In this document: positions 10,553 through 21,295 of the stretch, piece after piece
How the letters are laid out: the number at the start of each line of letters is the position of its first letter
How positions within the stretch are numbered: the first letter of the stretch is position 1
The notes under the pieces: model-generated
The model's database searches: none
Told to the model about the DNA's origin: nothing
The model's input: the letters and a program-made list of their open reading frames with translations, nothing else
Translations under genes and position numbers: made by a program
Source of the DNA: an uncultured delta proteobacterium
GTDB taxonomy: Bacteria; Desulfobacterota; Syntrophorhabdia; Syntrophorhabdales; WCHB1-27
DNA: 64,000 nt
NCBI GenBank assembly: GCA_963810935.1
Contig: CAWEPK010000005.1
Span: 192,001 to 256,000, forward strand
Direction: 5' to 3'

Positions 10553-11860
10553 TTGAAGAAGTATCTCCACAACGGCGTCATCTTTACCCAGGCGAATCAG
10601 CTATGGCGCGGGCTTTCGGGTATTTTCACCCTCATCCTGATCCCGCTCTTTCTGACCAAGGAACAGCAGGGGTACTGGTTCACCATGACGAGTCTCGCCG
10701 CGCTCGCCGTGTTGGCGGACCTCGGTTTTTTTCAGGTCACTTTGCAGTTCGCCGCCCATGAATTCGCTTACCTGAACTTCGAGAACGGCCGTGTCATAGG
10801 GAGTGAGGAGCATAAGGAGAGGCTGAAAAGCCTCTTCGCCTTTTCCTGCAGGTGGGCCGTCCTTGTCGCCTCCGTCGCCTTCCCGATCATCCTCCTGGTC
10901 GGGTTCCTCTTCCTCTCCCAGAAAACGACCGCAGTCGCCTGGGGCATCCCCTGGCTCGTCTACGTGGCCGGAGGCGCCCTCACTTTCCTTACCAGCGCCC
11001 TCCTCTATTTCCTCGAAGGCTGCAACCTCGTCGCTGCAATCCAGAGACTGCGCCTTTTCATAACCACCGTAACAATGGCGGTTATGTGGCTGGGGCTCAT
11101 TTTCCACTTCGGCCTCTACGCCCTCGCCTTGTCCATGCTTGCCGGCGCAGTTTACGGCGCAATTGCGGTCTGGCGGGGCTACGGGCCGCTTTTCGTCGGC
11201 TTCCTGTCTGCCCGAAGAAAAGCGCATCACGACTGGAGGCGGCAGATATTCAGCCTGCTCTGGCGCTATGCCTTGAGCTGGTGCTCCGGTTATTTTATTT
11301 TCCAGGTTTACGCCCCCCTTGCCTTCCAGTTTTACGGTCCGGTCGAGGCGGGCAGGGTTGGCCTTTCCGTCATGCTCTGGATGGGCGTATTCGCCGTCTC
11401 CAACGCATGGGTTTACGCCGTTACGCCAAGGCTCAACATGCTCGTATCGAAACGCGACTGGGCGGGGCTCGGTGCGCTTTTTTGGCGTAACCTGATATTA
11501 TCGGCTGCGACCTTTTTAGTGTGCGGCCTCGCAGTCTTTACCTTTATGCTCCTTCTTAGAGGAAGGCGCGCGCTGATGGACCGTCTTTCCGACCCGCTCT
11601 CCATGCTCTTTCTTGCAATCGCCTGGTTCTTACAGATCGTCGTCAACGGCCTGGCCACATACCTGCGCGCACACAAAAAGGAGCCCCTGGTCCTGCCCTC
11701 GGTCCTATCGGCCGTCTACGTCGCCGTGACGACGCTCCTGTGCGCAAAGTACCTCGCGCCCCGGTATTTCTTTCTCGGATGGCTATCCGGCTGCGTATGG
11801 GGCGTACCGTGGGTTGCCTGGATTTTCGTGAAGAAGAAGCGCGAGTGGCAGGCGACATGA
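10553..11860 (+). CDS. wzx: Wzx-type polysaccharide repeat-unit flippase
   Basis: About 12 TM helices, EQQGYW, DLGF, YLRAHKKEP; TTG start. Confidence 0.8.
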   Translation: MKKYLHNGVIFTQANQLWRGLSGIFTLILIPLFLTKEQQGYWFTMTSLAALAVLADLGFFQVTLQFAAHEFAYLNFENGRVIGSEEHKERLKSLFAFSCRWAVLVASVAFPIILLVGFLFLSQKTTAVAWGIPWLVYVAGGALTFLTSALLYFLEGCNLVAAIQRLRLFITTVTMAVMWLGLIFHFGLYALALSMLAGAVYGAIAVWRGYGPLFVGFLSARRKAHHDWRRQIFSLLWRYALSWCSGYFIFQVYAPLAFQFYGPVEAGRVGLSVMLWMGVFAVSNAWVYAVTPRLNMLVSKRDWAGLGALFWRNLILSAATFLVCGLAVFTFMLLLRGRRALMDRLSDPLSMLFLAIAWFLQIVVNGLATYLRAHKKEPLVLPSVLSAVYVAVTTLLCAKYLAPRYFFLGWLSGCVWGVPWVAWIFVKKKREWQAT

Positions 11861-12879
11861 CATCTGCGGCCTATCCTCATATACTGACGATAGCCGTGCC
11901 GACTTGCAACAGGGCATCGTACCTCGACACCTGCTTGTCCCAGGTCTGCCCCCAGGTCAAGGGCCGGGAAAAGGAAGTGCAGGTGCTTGTCTCCGACAAC
12001 TGCTCGTCGGACGATACAGGTGAAGTAGTGCGCAGGTACATCGCCCTCGGCCACTCGATCGCGTACGTCAGAAACCCGGGAAATATCGGTCCCGACCGGA
12101 ACTTCGCCGCCTGCTACAAGCAGGCCGAAGGCAAATACCTGTTGATTTTGGGAGATGACGACGTGCTCCTCGACGGTGCAATCGACACGCTGCTCCCCAT
12201 CCTAAAGTCCGGGGATTACGGCGTGGTATTTCTCAACTCATACGGCTTCACGGGTGATTTTATAATGGAGAGGCCGCAGCGTTTGCCTGCCGGCTACACG
12301 GTCTTCGATGATACCCTTTCTTTTGCGAAAAAAGTGGCCCACTTCTTTACCTTCACTTCGGCAAACGTAGTCAACCGGGCGCTCGTCGATGAGCCGGACG
12401 ACTGGGGCCCTTTTTTCGACTCGAACCTGGTCCAGCTCGCGTGGACGTTTTCCGCACTCTTCAACGGCAAAAAGCACGTGTATATCTCCGAATACCTGTT
12501 GGCCGCGTGCATCTATAACTCGGGCGGGTACGGGATATGCCGGGTCTTCGGCCACAACTTCAACACGATATTCGACCTATTCAGAAAACGGGGCGTGGCC
12601 GGCCGGTATTTCCGCGCGATAAACCGAAAGCTGCTGGTTGCACACTTCCCGGCCATGATCGCGCTCGCGCGAAACGGAGTGATGCCTTTCAAGCCGGAAG
12701 CCTATTTCCGCTGCCTCTATCCCCTCTATCGGCGGTACGTATTCTTCTGGATGTTTACTGTCCCCGCTGCAATCCTTCCCGCTTCATTCGTTTACACAAT
12801 ATTCCGTGCAGTAGAAAAACTCTTCAGGCAAAGACGCCTGGCGCCCGACCCGGACGGATCGAAGAAAAAGCTATCTTGA
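11857..12879 (+). CDS. GT2 glycosyltransferase
   Basis: LTIAVPTCNR, SDNCSSDDT, NIGPDRN, LGDDD; ATGA overlap with the wzx stop. Confidence 0.85.
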   Translation: MTSAAYPHILTIAVPTCNRASYLDTCLSQVCPQVKGREKEVQVLVSDNCSSDDTGEVVRRYIALGHSIAYVRNPGNIGPDRNFAACYKQAEGKYLLILGDDDVLLDGAIDTLLPILKSGDYGVVFLNSYGFTGDFIMERPQRLPAGYTVFDDTLSFAKKVAHFFTFTSANVVNRALVDEPDDWGPFFDSNLVQLAWTFSALFNGKKHVYISEYLLAACIYNSGGYGICRVFGHNFNTIFDLFRKRGVAGRYFRAINRKLLVAHFPAMIALARNGVMPFKPEAYFRCLYPLYRRYVFFWMFTVPAAILPASFVYTIFRAVEKLFRQRRLAPDPDGSKKKLS

Positions 12880-13857
12880 GTTGAGGAGGACCTTCGAGCC
12901 CTCGGTATCTATCCTGAACTTTATCTCTTTGAGGCCCTCTTTCGTCAGGGCGTCACGCAGGTGGGACTTGCCGTTTGCGCAATAGAACATAAAGAAACCA
13001 CCGCCGCCCGCCCCCATTATCTTCCCGCCATAAGCCCCGTTCGCCTTTGCCGTTTCATACCATCTATCAATTTCGCCGGCGCTCATCTTCGTCGATATCT
13101 GCTTCTTGATCTCCCAGTGCATATCCAGGGACCTCCCGAACCAATCGACGTTTCCGTCTTTGAGCCTAAGGAGACACTCCCTTCCGATCTCCTTTATCTT
13201 ATGCATGGCCTCCACCACGCTGTTCTCGTCTCTCTTCACCGCCTGGCTCTGCTCTGAAAGAAGCTCCGACGCGCTTCTCAGTATGCCTGTGTAAAAATAA
13301 AGCGTATTGCTTTCGAGCTGGTCCATCGCGTCATGGGTGAGTATGTGTGTATTGACCTCTACTTCGCCCGCCCGGTCGATATCCATGCTGATTATGCCGC
13401 CGTAGGCGGCTATATACTGGTCCTGCTTGCCCACCGGCTCCCCCAGGACCTCCGCCTCGATATGGAACGCTTCTTCGGCCAGTTGCTTCGGCGTCAGAAA
13501 CTCCCGCTTGTACGTGTGAAGTGCGTTCAGCAGCCCGACGCAAAAGCTCCCGGAGCTTCCCAGTCCGCTCTGGGCGGGCAAGTCGGCAATCGACGTGATC
13601 TCGATGCCGGAGTCAATGCCCACCAGCCGTAATGCCTCCCGGACTATCGCGTGGCGTATTTCTTCCGCACGTCGCACGATTTCCGTCCTGGAATAGCTCA
13701 AGCGGATATCGTCGCCGAACCTCTTGTTGACCGTTATATACATATACTTGTTGATTGCTGCGCTTATCAGGAAACCGCCGTATTTCTGATAATAAGACGG
13801 CAAATCGGTCCCGCCTCCCCCAAGTGTGATCCTGAAGGGCGTCCTCGTGATGATCAC
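12871..13857 (-). CDS. hddA: GHMP sugar kinase, heptose-7-phosphate 1-kinase (HddA-like)
   Basis: RTPFRITLGGGGTD, SGLGSSG, GKQDQY, GAGGGG. Confidence 0.85.
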   Translation of the reverse strand: MIITRTPFRITLGGGGTDLPSYYQKYGGFLISAAINKYMYITVNKRFGDDIRLSYSRTEIVRRAEEIRHAIVREALRLVGIDSGIEITSIADLPAQSGLGSSGSFCVGLLNALHTYKREFLTPKQLAEEAFHIEAEVLGEPVGKQDQYIAAYGGIISMDIDRAGEVEVNTHILTHDAMDQLESNTLYFYTGILRSASELLSEQSQAVKRDENSVVEAMHKIKEIGRECLLRLKDGNVDWFGRSLDMHWEIKKQISTKMSAGEIDRWYETAKANGAYGGKIMGAGGGGFFMFYCANGKSHLRDALTKEGLKEIKFRIDTEGSKVLLNSR

Positions 13858-14555
13858 GGTCTCTCTCCTTCTTCGACGTGCTTGCAGAAATCCTCAAGCC
13901 CCTGTGCTGACCCTATTTCATAAAACCGGCTGTTGACCTCATAACCGTATAACCTGCGCTCTCCAGCAAGGTCGCGAAGGAGGCCGGCCAGATCAAACAT
14001 CTCGCCGGCCGGTATGCCCTTCAGGGCGCCTTTGCTTATAGCCGTCAAGCCGTAATCGATGTACTCCATTGCGGGCGACGAGTTTTCTTTGTCGTAGACT
14101 TCTATGATTCCATCCTTGAAAACTACGTTGCTCTTGCCATAAAGGGACCGGTTCCGGAATACCGTCATGCAGGCGGTTGCGCCGGTGTTTTTGAAATATT
14201 TGTAAACTTTACCATAGTTTATTGGAAGATACGAATCGCCATACATGACGAGGAACGAGCGGTCCAAAAGGCATTCCGCGTTCTTTAATGCGCCGCCTGT
14301 GCCGAGCAGGCCTTTCTGCTCGCGGCTGTAACTTATGCTCACCCCGAACTCCGATCCGTCCTTGAAGTATTCTTCAATCCGCTCCGACAGGTGTCCCACG
14401 CAAAGCACCACGTCCCTTATTCCGTTGCTCTTGAGCAGGTCGAGCTGATATTCTAGAAAGGGCCGGCCGCATATTTCTATCATGCTTTTCGGCACGCGCT
14501 CCGTTATCGGCCGCAACCTTGTCGCCAGCCCTCCGGCAAGGATAACACATTGCAT
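13854..14555 (-). CDS. hddC: Sugar-phosphate nucleotidyltransferase (HddC-like)
   Basis: LAGGLATRL, PK, LGTGGAL, YGDS; coupled to the kinase. Confidence 0.75.
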   Translation of the reverse strand: MQCVILAGGLATRLRPITERVPKSMIEICGRPFLEYQLDLLKSNGIRDVVLCVGHLSERIEEYFKDGSEFGVSISYSREQKGLLGTGGALKNAECLLDRSFLVMYGDSYLPINYGKVYKYFKNTGATACMTVFRNRSLYGKSNVVFKDGIIEVYDKENSSPAMEYIDYGLTAISKGALKGIPAGEMFDLAGLLRDLAGERRLYGYEVNSRFYEIGSAQGLEDFCKHVEEGERP

Positions 14556-14613
14556 ATATACCCCCGGCCTTCTTCTATGTGCGATGCCTACGACGGACGT
14601 TTACCGGTCGGAG

Positions 14614-15899
14614 TCATGGTTGGCTGCGCCTGTTCATCCTCTCCGCCAAGGTCACGCTCCGCCTGAGCACTTCGTCCATGTTTATATATTCGAATTCGGC
14701 AAATCTCCCATGCAGGTCTATACCGAGAGAATCGAAATAGAGCCTTAGGGTCTTCATGCTTTCCGCGCGGTTTAAATCGTGGATCACATATCCGTATTTT
14801 GCCGTGAAGGCGTCCGTTTCAACTATGTCCTTACGGTCGATGATGCCCAACGCCGAGACCTGGTCGACCACCAATTTGATAAGTGCGTCGTCCGACATGC
14901 TCTCCGACTCCAAACCTGGGTGCGTAGTGACCTCGGCGATGAGAGACGAGCAGGACGTAGGCACGTTATTTTTGCTGAAGAAGCCCATGAAGCAGACGCG
15001 ATGGAATATCGTATCGCTTTGCGGTATGTAAATGGCGCTTTTGTCCATGAGCGACTCGTTGTTGACGCCTACCATGATGGTCCTGATAATATTGCTGCGC
15101 AGAAGGGAGGCCGCTCTTTTAACTGCCGGCGGGACGTCTTCGAAGCACGCAATCGCCTCCGTCATGGGAAAGGTGATGACTAATTTGTCGAAGGTGTGTT
15201 CTTCACAGCCGTTCGCTACAACCCAGCTCTTGCCTTTTTTCCTGATGGTCTTGATCTCGAAGTTCGTCACTACCTGCCCGTCCGCTTTCCGGGCCATTTT
15301 TATGAGCGACTCGGCGCCGCCCTTTTTCGGATAGAGGAAAAAGAGTGGTGGAGATACCCCTCGGTCTCTATGCCGAGGCAGGACTTGACGATGTCTTCCA
15401 GTGGCGGCTTCGGGACCCTTTCCACCCAGTCGAGCGAGATATTTTTTAACGGCTCCTTCCATATCTTCTCGTTGTACGGGGCAAGATACTGACGGGCAAT
15501 ACCATCGCCGAACGTGTAATATATCCATTCTTCTAAATTGCCCGGCTTCGGATGGTCGTTCTTCAGATACCCGATCAGGCAATCGTAGATGTCTGCTTTG
15601 TCCAAAGCGCCGAGGCCGTTCTCGAATGGGTATTTCACGTATCGGCCCTTATAGAGGATAGTGTTGGCCCTTTTGCAATAGTTAATGTTGTCGCCGAGGA
15701 TCGCTTTGACGACTTCCATGATCGCCTGATCTTTCGAGAATAGGATGTGGCCGCCGATATCGTACTTGAAGCCGTTCTTTTCAATCGTCCTGCATAGTCC
15801 GCCGGGCCTTTCTTCCTTCTCCACCACTACGCTCTCATGCCGCAAGAAACGTTGCAGCGCGATCCCGCTCAGGCCGCCTCCTAGTATCCCTACCTTCAT
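14614..15899 (-). CDS. FAD-dependent oxidoreductase (HemY/UDP-galactopyranose-mutase-like); apparent frameshift near 15345
   Basis: GGGLSG, GGLCRT, DIGGH, YNEKIW in ORF 15300-15899; YPKKGG and GRFAEFEYINMD in ORF 14614-15582. Confidence 0.75.
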
Positions 15900-15955
15900 T
15901 CCATTTCTCCAAGGTACGGCGCGGCCGCAACTATCGCGATACCGGTCGCCATATC

Positions 15956-16946
15956 CTACCAGCCGAATTTATTGTGCTTTGCGTCCTCGTAGATCGACCC
16001 GACCGATTTCTGCATAGCTTCCCTGCAGGTGAATTGGTTCTTCCATCCGAGCCTGCCTGATCTTCTGCGAGCTCAGCCGCACGATGGGTACGTCACCTTT
16101 CCATCCCCGGTCGCCGCCTGCGTATCTGTACGGTACGTCTCCGAGACCCATTATTTCAACGACTAGCCCGGCAATCTCGTTGACCGTAATCCAGTCGAGT
16201 GTCGCGACATTGAAATATGTAAACCCTTTTAATGCCTGTCTCTCGGCGCAATCGATAGCCCTTACGATATCGGTCACGTAGATGTAGGACTTGCTCTGGG
16301 TGCCGTCTCCAAGGATATCGAGCCCGGAGGGGTCCTTGAGAAGGTTCCTCACAAAATCGTACCCTACCCCGTGCGTCTGGTGGGGGCCGACGACGTTCGC
16401 GAACCTGAATGCGCCTGCATCCATCTCGAACATGTGGCAATACGAGCAGATCAACGCTTCGCACGCCAGCTTGCTTGCTCCGTAGGTCGAGATCGGTAGC
16501 AGAGGGGAGCAATCCTCATCTATCTCGAAGGACCCTTTATCGCCGTAAATGCCGCTGCCCGACGCGTAAAAAAGCCTTTTCACCCCGTTCCGCCGCATCG
16601 ATTCCAGGATATTGTTCGTCAGGTAAGTACCTTCCCAGAAATCTATGTCGGGATGCGTGACGGCCTTCGCTATATCCGGGTTGGAAGCGAAATGGTACAC
16701 GATTTCCGCACCACTCATCGCCTTATCCAGGTCATCGGCGTCTTTGATGTCTCCTCTGATTACCTGCAGGCGGGGGTCGTCTTTGACGCCCTCCAGGTGC
16801 CACATCTTGCCCGAGCTGAAGTTGTCGTAAACGGTAACGCGCCCCCCCCTGCGCTTCAGCTTCTCGCTGACAAGGTGGCTTCCGATAAAGCCCGCGCCAC
16901 CGATCACGAGCATGTTGGACAGAGTTATTTCAGGTTCTATAGCCAT
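15956..16946 (-). CDS. NAD-dependent nucleotide-sugar epimerase/dehydratase; apparent frameshift near 16055
   Basis: GGAGFIG, YGASK, RFANVVG; shifted frame restores LGWK...KFGW-stop. Confidence 0.85.
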
Positions 16947-17091
16947 GCTATTATGCCCGCTCCCGTTACAAAGAGTTTCTATATTTTGCAGAGAGAAGTT
17001 ACCAATATAACCGGTTTATTTCAACAACAAAATCCATGTGGTGCGCCGTCTTCGGCCCCCGGCTCACGGACCCGGCGCGCCGACGTAATCC

Positions 17092-18120
17092 CTACCGCTT
17101 GAGGGCGATCTCCCGCGCCCCTACCCCGTATCTTTCCAGTAAGCCGGATATCTCCCACGGCCCTATTTTTCTTCTCTGCTGAATAATCGTTCGTTTCTTC
17201 CATACGGCAGGTAGGCCGGCAAGTGCCGAAGCCCACGCCCTGACCAGTATGGCCGCCAGCTCTTTTTTCGAACGCGCCTTCGAGAAAGCGCCCGGCGCAC
17301 CCTTGCCCGCGAACGCCCCGTATGCCTGGAACAGGTAGCGAAAGGCCGTGAAGACGAGGCCCCTGCATATCACGGACACGGGGAAATTCTTCGCCAGTAG
17401 CCAGATCCTGTTCCTCTCCACAAGGAATGCCTTGAGCGGAGAATAGTCATCGGATGATGCCGAGTGCAAATGGTAGACCAGCGCATCAGGCGTATAAATG
17501 CACCTCCAGCCGCGCAGGCGCGAGCGCCAGCCCAGGTCGGTATCATCGGCGTACATGAAGAACGATTCGTCGAAATAGTCGTCCCCCACCCTTATGTCTT
17601 CGAGCATCTCCCTCCTGCACATGATGCAGCAGCCGCTGCCGAAAAAAACCTCTTCCTCACGGTCGTAACGCTCACCCGGCTCCAGTCTTCCACGCCCGAC
17701 CGAAAGCCCATCCGGGCAAACAACGATGCCCGCCGCATCGAGAAGGTCCGGGTCGAACTTCAGCACTATCTTCGAGGCGCAGGCCCCGTATAGCCAACTC
17801 TTCCCGATAGCCTGCCGCATCGCCCCTATTGCCCCGGCCGCAAGCTCCGTGTCGGGATTAAGAATGACTACGTAGTCGCCTTTGGCATGGCGGATGCCGA
17901 TATTATTGCCTGCCGCGAAACCGAGGTTCTCCCCGTTCTCGACGATCCGTATCCATGGGTGGCGCTCTCGCGCCAGTTGGACGGAACCGTCGCTCGACCC
18001 GTTATCGACGAGGATGACCTCCAGATTTTTGTAATCCTGGCCCGAAAGGCTCTCCAGGCAGGGAAGCAGGTAATCGCGTCCGTTCCAGTTGAGGACGATC
18101 ACGGAGACGAGGTCGCTCAT
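17092..18120 (-). CDS. GT2 glycosyltransferase (rhamnosyltransferase-like subfamily)
   Basis: VLNWNG, DNGSSDGS, NLGFAAGNN, LNPDT, FMYADDTDL. Confidence 0.9.
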   Translation of the reverse strand: MSDLVSVIVLNWNGRDYLLPCLESLSGQDYKNLEVILVDNGSSDGSVQLARERHPWIRIVENGENLGFAAGNNIGIRHAKGDYVVILNPDTELAAGAIGAMRQAIGKSWLYGACASKIVLKFDPDLLDAAGIVVCPDGLSVGRGRLEPGERYDREEEVFFGSGCCIMCRREMLEDIRVGDDYFDESFFMYADDTDLGWRSRLRGWRCIYTPDALVYHLHSASSDDYSPLKAFLVERNRIWLLAKNFPVSVICRGLVFTAFRYLFQAYGAFAGKGAPGAFSKARSKKELAAILVRAWASALAGLPAVWKKRTIIQQRRKIGPWEISGLLERYGVGAREIALKR

Positions 18121-18121
18121 A

Positions 18122-19486
18122 TCAAAGCCTGTAGATGCGCACGAACGTCCCCTTGGAGGTCGCTGAATAGACGGGGGTCAATTGCGCGAGGTAGTTCTTC
18201 AGGAAAGGCATATCCCGGTCTACCTTTTCGTCGAACACTAGATACCGCACCTTTTTTTCGGATACGACTTTTTCGAAGCGGGCGGGCGTGCTATCGCCCG
18301 ACATCGCGGAAAGGAGGTCGACGGGCTTGCCTTTCTCGTAAAAGGCGACCAGGGGGAGCCGGGAGGCAACCACGCTGCCGGGGTCGTAAGCGAGCAGGAA
18401 GAGCCCCGCCCTTTTGTGAAGCAGGCGGTCGTGGCGGTACGGGGTATAGGCCTGAAACAAACAAACGCAAAGTATGAGGCCGACCATGGCGTACTGCATC
18501 CAGGCCCCGCGCAAAAAGCGCCTGCCGAGGTAGTCACCCGCCGCGTATATCCCTTCGGCTGCGAATATCATGCAGACGGGAGCGAATTCGATTGAATACC
18601 GCTGCGTCTGATGACCGATGAAAGAGAGGCTCACTATATGGAAGGCAACTAAAAGTAGCACGAGCCGCCGGTACGGCCCTTCGATCAGCTTGTATCCGAA
18701 AACCGCAAGCAGAAAGAACAGCGGGAAGACGGCGATGAAAAATTCATAGACGACTACGGCAAAATTACTTAAGACTACGCCAAGCGGCGCGAACGGCGAA
18801 AGCGTCGCCTTCCTGCTTACCATCCATGCGCCCGTCTGCCACCATAGAGCGCCCATGTACAAAAAACCCAGGACGACAAACGGCACAAAAAAGAGCAGGC
18901 TGTCCAGGAACCTTCTCCTTGCCAACAGGCAAAGGATAAAGGGTACGTAGAAGACTATATATTCCGGCCGGGTCAGGTACGTCAGGGTGAGGCAGAGACC
19001 CGATATGACTATATATCGGCGCCTCTCCTCCTGCCACCCCATGTAGAAAGAGAAGACGGTGGCGCTGAAAAGGAAGGCGGCGCACGCTTCCGACAACACC
19101 GCCCCTGAATACCGGACAAGGTACGGATGAAACGCAACCAAAAGGGCAACCCAGAGGGCCTTACCCTCGTCCCGGAAGAACCTCCTCGCAAAAACAAAAG
19201 ACATGTAGATCAACAGGACGCCGAACATCAGGGAAACCAGGCGGCCGGCCGTCTCTACGTTGGCTATCACAAGATGGACGGGGGCGACAAAGAGCGGGTA
19301 GACGGGAGGGAATACGCTCTCAAAGGCCCGGCTGAAGAGGCCCTTGGCGAAGTTGTCGGCCATGGTCGCATAGCCGATACCGTCCATCTCGATCGCAGCG
19401 GAAGTCAACGCGACGTATATACGAAGCGCAAGGCCCGCCACAAGGATCGGGACGATGGCGTAGTTCCTTTGTTTTTCGCCGATCAA
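18122..19486 (-). CDS. GT39/ArnT-like (PMT_2) membrane glycosyltransferase
   Basis: DG..Y, PPVYP, LSE, LTRPE motifs with many TM helices. Confidence 0.8.
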   Translation of the reverse strand: MIGEKQRNYAIVPILVAGLALRIYVALTSAAIEMDGIGYATMADNFAKGLFSRAFESVFPPVYPLFVAPVHLVIANVETAGRLVSLMFGVLLIYMSFVFARRFFRDEGKALWVALLVAFHPYLVRYSGAVLSEACAAFLFSATVFSFYMGWQEERRRYIVISGLCLTLTYLTRPEYIVFYVPFILCLLARRRFLDSLLFFVPFVVLGFLYMGALWWQTGAWMVSRKATLSPFAPLGVVLSNFAVVVYEFFIAVFPLFFLLAVFGYKLIEGPYRRLVLLLVAFHIVSLSFIGHQTQRYSIEFAPVCMIFAAEGIYAAGDYLGRRFLRGAWMQYAMVGLILCVCLFQAYTPYRHDRLLHKRAGLFLLAYDPGSVVASRLPLVAFYEKGKPVDLLSAMSGDSTPARFEKVVSEKKVRYLVFDEKVDRDMPFLKNYLAQLTPVYSATSKGTFVRIYRL

Positions 19487-19502
19487 GCCTTTCTCCAGCC
19501 TC

Positions 19503-20807
19503 CTACTTCCCGCTTATTTTCAGCCCTTCGATGAAGAGCGTCGGGGAGCCGTAGGGGCCGTAAAAGGTGAGGTCGTTTCCGACTGCCCTCACTGCGTTGA
19601 GTAGCTCGAAGAGGTTTCCGGAAAGGATCACCCCCTTGAACGGCTTCCACTTGTTATTGAGCTTCCGGCTGCCTATGGCGCCCACAGAAAAATCGCCCGT
19701 TACGCCGTTCGCCGTGTGGGTGCCCATAAGCTCCTCGACTACGATCCCGCCCTCTCCGGCGTCCGGGCCTTTTGTATCGCCGGCCTCGATGATAAGGCCC
19801 CTCGTCCCGCACCTCGGCGGCTCTTTCACTCCCCCCCTTACCGCATTGCCCGTAGACTCGCTGCCAAGCCGCTTTCCATAGCAGGTGTCGTAAAGGAAGC
19901 CCCGGAAAACACCTTTGTCCACCAGCACATTTTCCCGCGACGGCACGCCTTCGCCGTCGAACGGGAACGCACCCGCGCCGCGCGTGCCGGAATCGACGAC
20001 GGTCAGCACGCCGGAAAAACATTGCACACCGGCCTTGTCCGCGAGGCGCGTCTTCCTCTTGTACAGGTTCTCCGAAAGGAAGGAAGGGGCGAGGATTTCC
20101 AGGACCTGGCAGGCGCACGCGGGCGTCAGCACACCGTTATAAACGCCCGTATCGAGAAGCTCGGCGCCGAGGGCGGATACGGCCTTTTCGGCAATTTTGG
20201 CGGCGAGCGCGCGCCCGTCGAGCCCACTGAGGCGGGAAGACCAGGCCCAGTCGTACCAGGAGACCTCGTCGTCACCCTCTTTTGCGACAGCCAGCGCGCT
20301 CAAGGAATAGAGGGTCTTCTTCGCCTCTGCGGAAAGGCCGTGGGAGTTTATAATCCTTACGTCTATTTCCGTCTCGTGCAGCTCGCAGTTCCTCGTCTTC
20401 ACGATACGCTTGTCGGCCGAGCGGATGGCCGATTCCATATCGAGCAGCGCGGCCGTCTTTGTGTCGTCGGATGCGGCAAGGCCGGCCGCGTCATAAAGTT
20501 CGAGGCCGGGATAGGACGCAAATCCGCCGGGCAGCGCGTAACATGGGTCGGCATCCAGAAACGGCATCAGCTCGGTCGCGTTCCCGACAAGGTCCGAGGC
20601 TGCCTTATCGCCCTTCTCGAACGTATACGAAAAAGAGAGCCTGCCGTTTTTGAGTCCCCGCAGTGCAATGCCTTCCTCTTCCTTGACCTCCATCGTTATG
20701 ATCTCGCCGTCGGCCGCCTCGAACCTTTTGTCCCGTTCCGTAACGAAACAGAGCTCCCAGTCTTCGAGGGTGTCGCTCAATAGATGCGTCGGGAACCGGG
20801 CCTCCAT
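19503..20807 (-). CDS. pmbA: PmbA/TldE-family protein
   Basis: PFDGEG, STGNA, HTAN.VTGDFS, SPTL. Confidence 0.85.
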   Translation of the reverse strand: MEARFPTHLLSDTLEDWELCFVTERDKRFEAADGEIITMEVKEEEGIALRGLKNGRLSFSYTFEKGDKAASDLVGNATELMPFLDADPCYALPGGFASYPGLELYDAAGLAASDDTKTAALLDMESAIRSADKRIVKTRNCELHETEIDVRIINSHGLSAEAKKTLYSLSALAVAKEGDDEVSWYDWAWSSRLSGLDGRALAAKIAEKAVSALGAELLDTGVYNGVLTPACACQVLEILAPSFLSENLYKRKTRLADKAGVQCFSGVLTVVDSGTRGAGAFPFDGEGVPSRENVLVDKGVFRGFLYDTCYGKRLGSESTGNAVRGGVKEPPRCGTRGLIIEAGDTKGPDAGEGGIVVEELMGTHTANGVTGDFSVGAIGSRKLNNKWKPFKGVILSGNLFELLNAVRAVGNDLTFYGPYGSPTLFIEGLKISGK

Positions 20808-20835
20808 GGCATGTCTCCTTGTGATTGGCCGCTGC

Positions 20836-21295
20836 CTACGTAAGGTGGGCGATCATCGCCGCCTCGTCGCAGAGCGGAAACTTGGGGCAGTTGATGCAGT
20901 CCGTCCATATCTTCTGAGGCAGGCTCGGATTTATCGACTTCCTTAAATCCGAAGCGGCCGAAAAGCTCGGACCGGCGGGTCAGCACGAAGAGCCCTTTCA
21001 CGTCCATAGCGCGTGCCTCGTCGATGCACGCCCTTACGAGATCTCCACCCAGCCCTTTTCGCCTGGCGTCCTCCACAACGCAAAGCGACCTTACCTCGGC
21101 CAGGTCTTCCCAGCAGATATGCAACGCGCAGGCGCCCTGCACCTCGCCCGTTTTCTCGTCCTCATAAACAAAATAATCACGCATGTTATCGTACAACTCG
21201 GCCAAAGGGCGGGGCAGCATCTCGCCGTTGCCTGCGCACGCGTTGACCAGCCGATGGATACGTGCGATGTCCTTAAGACGCGCCTTTCTGAGCAT
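20836..21295 (-). CDS. GNAT N-acetyltransferase (short ArgA-like); apparent frameshift near 20925
   Basis: MLPR, LHICWEDLAEVRSL; shifted frame gives KIWTDCINCPKFPLCDE. Confidence 0.8.

Noticed and set aside
16944..16979. KLFVTGAG-like Rossmann fragment upstream of the epimerase
   Set aside because: Too short to distinguish from chance.
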